From the IMG/VR virus record IMGVR_UViG_3300028805_000048: a stretch of 64,000 nucleotides of DNA. One strand, given 5' to 3'. Positions 62,205 to 64,000 of the stretch are shown here, in pieces. Made by a program: the position numbers and the translations under genes. How positions within the stretch are numbered: the stretch's first letter is position 1; every line of letters starts with the position of its first letter. The notes beneath the pieces are model-generated. The model searched no databases. It worked only from the letters and a program-made list of their open reading frames with translations, and was not told the DNA's origin. This stretch comes from a virus (Duplodnaviria; Caudoviricetes).

Positions 62205-62430
62205 AAGGCGACCACTCCTTTCGGGATATAAGCTATAAACAAATATCCTTGTCGGAAGACTAAATGCTATGATGCACTTTTATGGTTGGGGTGTTAACAT
62301 GATCTGAGGTCGCCAGTGTAGTTTTCTGCATGGACAGACGTGAATCATAGAATTGTTTATAAATTTTGTCATATGTAATATAGAAGATAGCTATCTCTTT
62401 TCCCTCTGTGATAGCTATCTTCTTTTTTAA
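62205..62430 (+). ncRNA. Candidate pseudoknotted sRNA with its own promoter and terminator
   Basis: GGCGACC/GGTCGCC crossing TATAAACAA/TTGTTTATA; terminator AGAAGATAGCTATC/GATAGCTATCTTCT followed by T-run. Confidence 0.5.
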
Positions 62431-62441
62431 GGAGTAGAGAA

Positions 62442-62792
62442 ATGATAGGATCTTCATTCTTCAAACAATACATAGAACAGCAATACTTTATTTGGATGTT
62501 ATTTAAAGCATATAGTGGTTGGTCTAAATCTCTTGACAAAAACAATCTTCCTATGTATACAGACACAAAAGAAGGATACATAAGATATCACATATGTGCT
62601 AATAAGAATTGGGATTGTGCAAATCTCATAGACTTACTAAACTTCTACGATGATTTACTGAATAAATTAAACATACCACATGAATTAAAAACGTTTGCTA
62701 TAGTATTTCATATACCAAGATCAATCGATCTAGAAGATAGAATAACAGCGTTAAAACTCCTAGGTATTGACGAAGGAGAACCAGATGATTAG
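62442..62792 (+). CDS. Small hypothetical protein (C-terminal T-x-L-K motif family)
   Basis: AAGGAG RBS; RITALKLLG near the C-terminus. Confidence 0.6.
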   Translation: MIGSSFFKQYIEQQYFIWMLFKAYSGWSKSLDKNNLPMYTDTKEGYIRYHICANKNWDCANLIDLLNFYDDLLNKLNIPHELKTFAIVFHIPRSIDLEDRITALKLLGIDEGEPDD

Positions 62793-62920
62793 AAATAGAC
62801 AAAAAAGTCATCATTGTGTCTATTTTGTCTAAAAAATTAAGTCATTGATTTTAAACAATTGTGTCTCGATTTTCCCAAAGGAGAAATAAAAAATTTTCAA
62901 TTAAAAAATAGACAAAAAAT
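62793..62920. repeat. About 125-bp dispersed repeat, copy 2
   Basis: Collinear with 41498-41623. Confidence 0.8.
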
Positions 62921-63310
62921 AAATTTAAAAAATAGGCTTTACATTTAAAATTTTCATGATATAAATATATATGTTTTAAATCCTTTGTAAATCAATTAAG
63001 AAGCTTAGGTAATTTTATCCTAAGCTTTTTTATTCATCAGAAAGTCTAATAATTAGATTAAAAAGCGATAAATTGATTCTAGCATATCTTTTTTGACCAA
63101 AGAAATATCATGAAGCTTTTTAACGACTAACTTATCAAGAAAACTAAATAAGCATGCTAGAAAATGATTCTATTTTCATTCATTTATTCCTTATTTATTA
63201 GAATTTATATTTCGTTATTACATTGACAGAACACAAATGTTCTGTAAACAATCGTTTTTCCATTTCTAATAAGTAGACTCTCATTAGATTTTAGTCTAAT
63301 TAGTAGAATA

Positions 63311-63341
63311 AAAAAGACCCCAGATTTCTCTGAGGTCTTTC
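63311..63341 (-). terminator. Terminator after major capsid gene
   Basis: AAAAAGACC.CAGA/TCTGAGGTCTTT with U-tail on the minus strand. Confidence 0.7.
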
Positions 63342-63366
63342 TAAAGCCTTGAAAAGACTTAATTTA

Positions 63367-64000
63367 TTACGCAACGTTGAAGTTCGTAATAACACCTTTG
63401 CACAAATAATCTGCTTTGTTAACAAATAAATCGTAGAAAGACAAAGCACCTTTGTGATTTCTCAAGTTCGGAGCTTGGAATGTAGGAGTGAAATATAATG
63501 ATACCCACTCAGCCAGAACTATCGCGGAATCACCAAGCTGGAATCCTTTGAAACCGAAGATTACGTGATCTTCCGGTAAAGTCTTGGTGTAAGGAACAGC
63601 AATAACAGCAATTGTACCTTCACGCAATGTACCAGCTAAGTACGGACCAATTGGTTTCTTAGATTCAGGGGCAGCTTTGAAGCCTTCGATTTGTTCGATA
63701 ACAGGCAAACCAACGCGAGCAGAACAAATAATGAATTCTACTGTACCACGACCAGCAACTTCTTGGATATAACCACGAGCGCTTGAAATAGTCGTTGTAT
63801 AAGAAGAATATCTTTGTTGTAATGTCAAGTTAGTACCGTTAGCAGCACAGTCAAATGTCAAATCCGGAACAAGAATTGAAGCAGCATCAACAGTCTGAAT
63901 CAATGTCAAGTCACGTTCCCAACGAATTGTACCAGCAATCTGATTAGAAATTAACTCATCTGTGTCAATAGCCAAGTGAGCATTCATAACCAAACCAGCA
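63367..64000 (-). CDS. Major capsid protein (T4 gp23-like), C-terminal part
   Basis: RG..EFIICS, GPYLAGTL, VIFGFKG...DSAIVLAEWVSL match the gp23 C-terminal pattern; frame runs off the right edge. Confidence 0.8.
   Translation of the reverse strand, partial: AGLVMNAHLAIDTDELISNQIAGTIRWERDLTLIQTVDAASILVPDLTFDCAANGTNLTLQQRYSSYTTTISSARGYIQEVAGRGTVEFIICSARVGLPVIEQIEGFKAAPESKKPIGPYLAGTLREGTIAVIAVPYTKTLPEDHVIFGFKGFQLGDSAIVLAEWVSLYFTPTFQAPNLRNHKGALSFYDLFVNKADYLCKGVITNFNVA

Larger units (their letters stand above)
27068..62970 (+). promoter_or_regulatory. Recurrent (GGC)TTTAC(A/T)-N17-TA(T/A)xxT sigma70-type early promoters
   Basis: Copies at about 27070, 29884, 30787, 33584, 34514, 36638, 38092, 42872, 44446, 48891, 53068, 59144, 61162, 62150 and 62938; resembles the T4 early GTTTAC -35 element. 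Confidence 0.7.

Noticed and set aside
27737-62581. Shadow ORFs in the right half (27737, 38026, 40618, 40812, 41429, 41692, 43878, 45521, 48278, 48908, 49220, 50611, 52567, 53650, 59818, 60745, 62260, 62369)
   Set aside because: Opposite strand or alternate frame to RBS-supported genes or RNA candidates.
1-64000. Stop-codon reassignment as in Lak or some crAss-like phages
   Set aside because: Long genes are intact under the standard code, TAG and TGA end genes at sensible positions, and I found no CTA or TCA suppressor tRNA.
1-64000. CRISPR array, rRNA, integrase, transposase or reverse transcriptase
   Set aside because: No regularly spaced repeats or diagnostic motifs were seen.

Overview
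A 64-kb segment of a very AT-rich, large tailed phage with a contractile tail (T4-like/jumbo organisation), read with the standard genetic code. Positions 1-22.4 kb and 61.6-64 kb are minus-strand late and structural genes (tail fibres, tail sheath, acidic head proteins, partial major capsid), plus glycosyltransferases and homing endonucleases. Positions 22.4-30.6 kb hold replication and nucleotide genes: a UvsW-like helicase, a DnaB/gp41 helicase split across two ORFs by a split intein whose C-half is fused to a GIY-YIG nuclease, GuaC, a MazG-like protein and RNase H. Positions 30.6-38.4 kb form a translation-support island of 19 canonical tRNAs, 3 aberrant tRNA-like RNAs, several large structured ncRNA candidates and an ArfA-like small gene. 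Positions 39.9-61.5 kb are early/accessory genes (MoxR AAA+ and VWA pair, paralog families). The main discovery is that each of the two tRNA operons is preceded by a short leader ORF missing from the ORF track, followed by mutually exclusive antiterminator/terminator hairpins. The leader codons match the amino acids of the downstream tRNAs: NFEITYSDSYNQPES precedes Ser/Thr/Asn/Asp/Glu/Ile/Pro/Tyr/Gln, and KKCWHMFGFAGK precedes Ala/Phe/Lys/Met/Cys/Gly/Trp/His. This points to a ribosome-stalling attenuator that switches on phage tRNA supply when the matching host tRNAs run short. Functional calls come from motif recognition by eye; no searches or folding programs were run.
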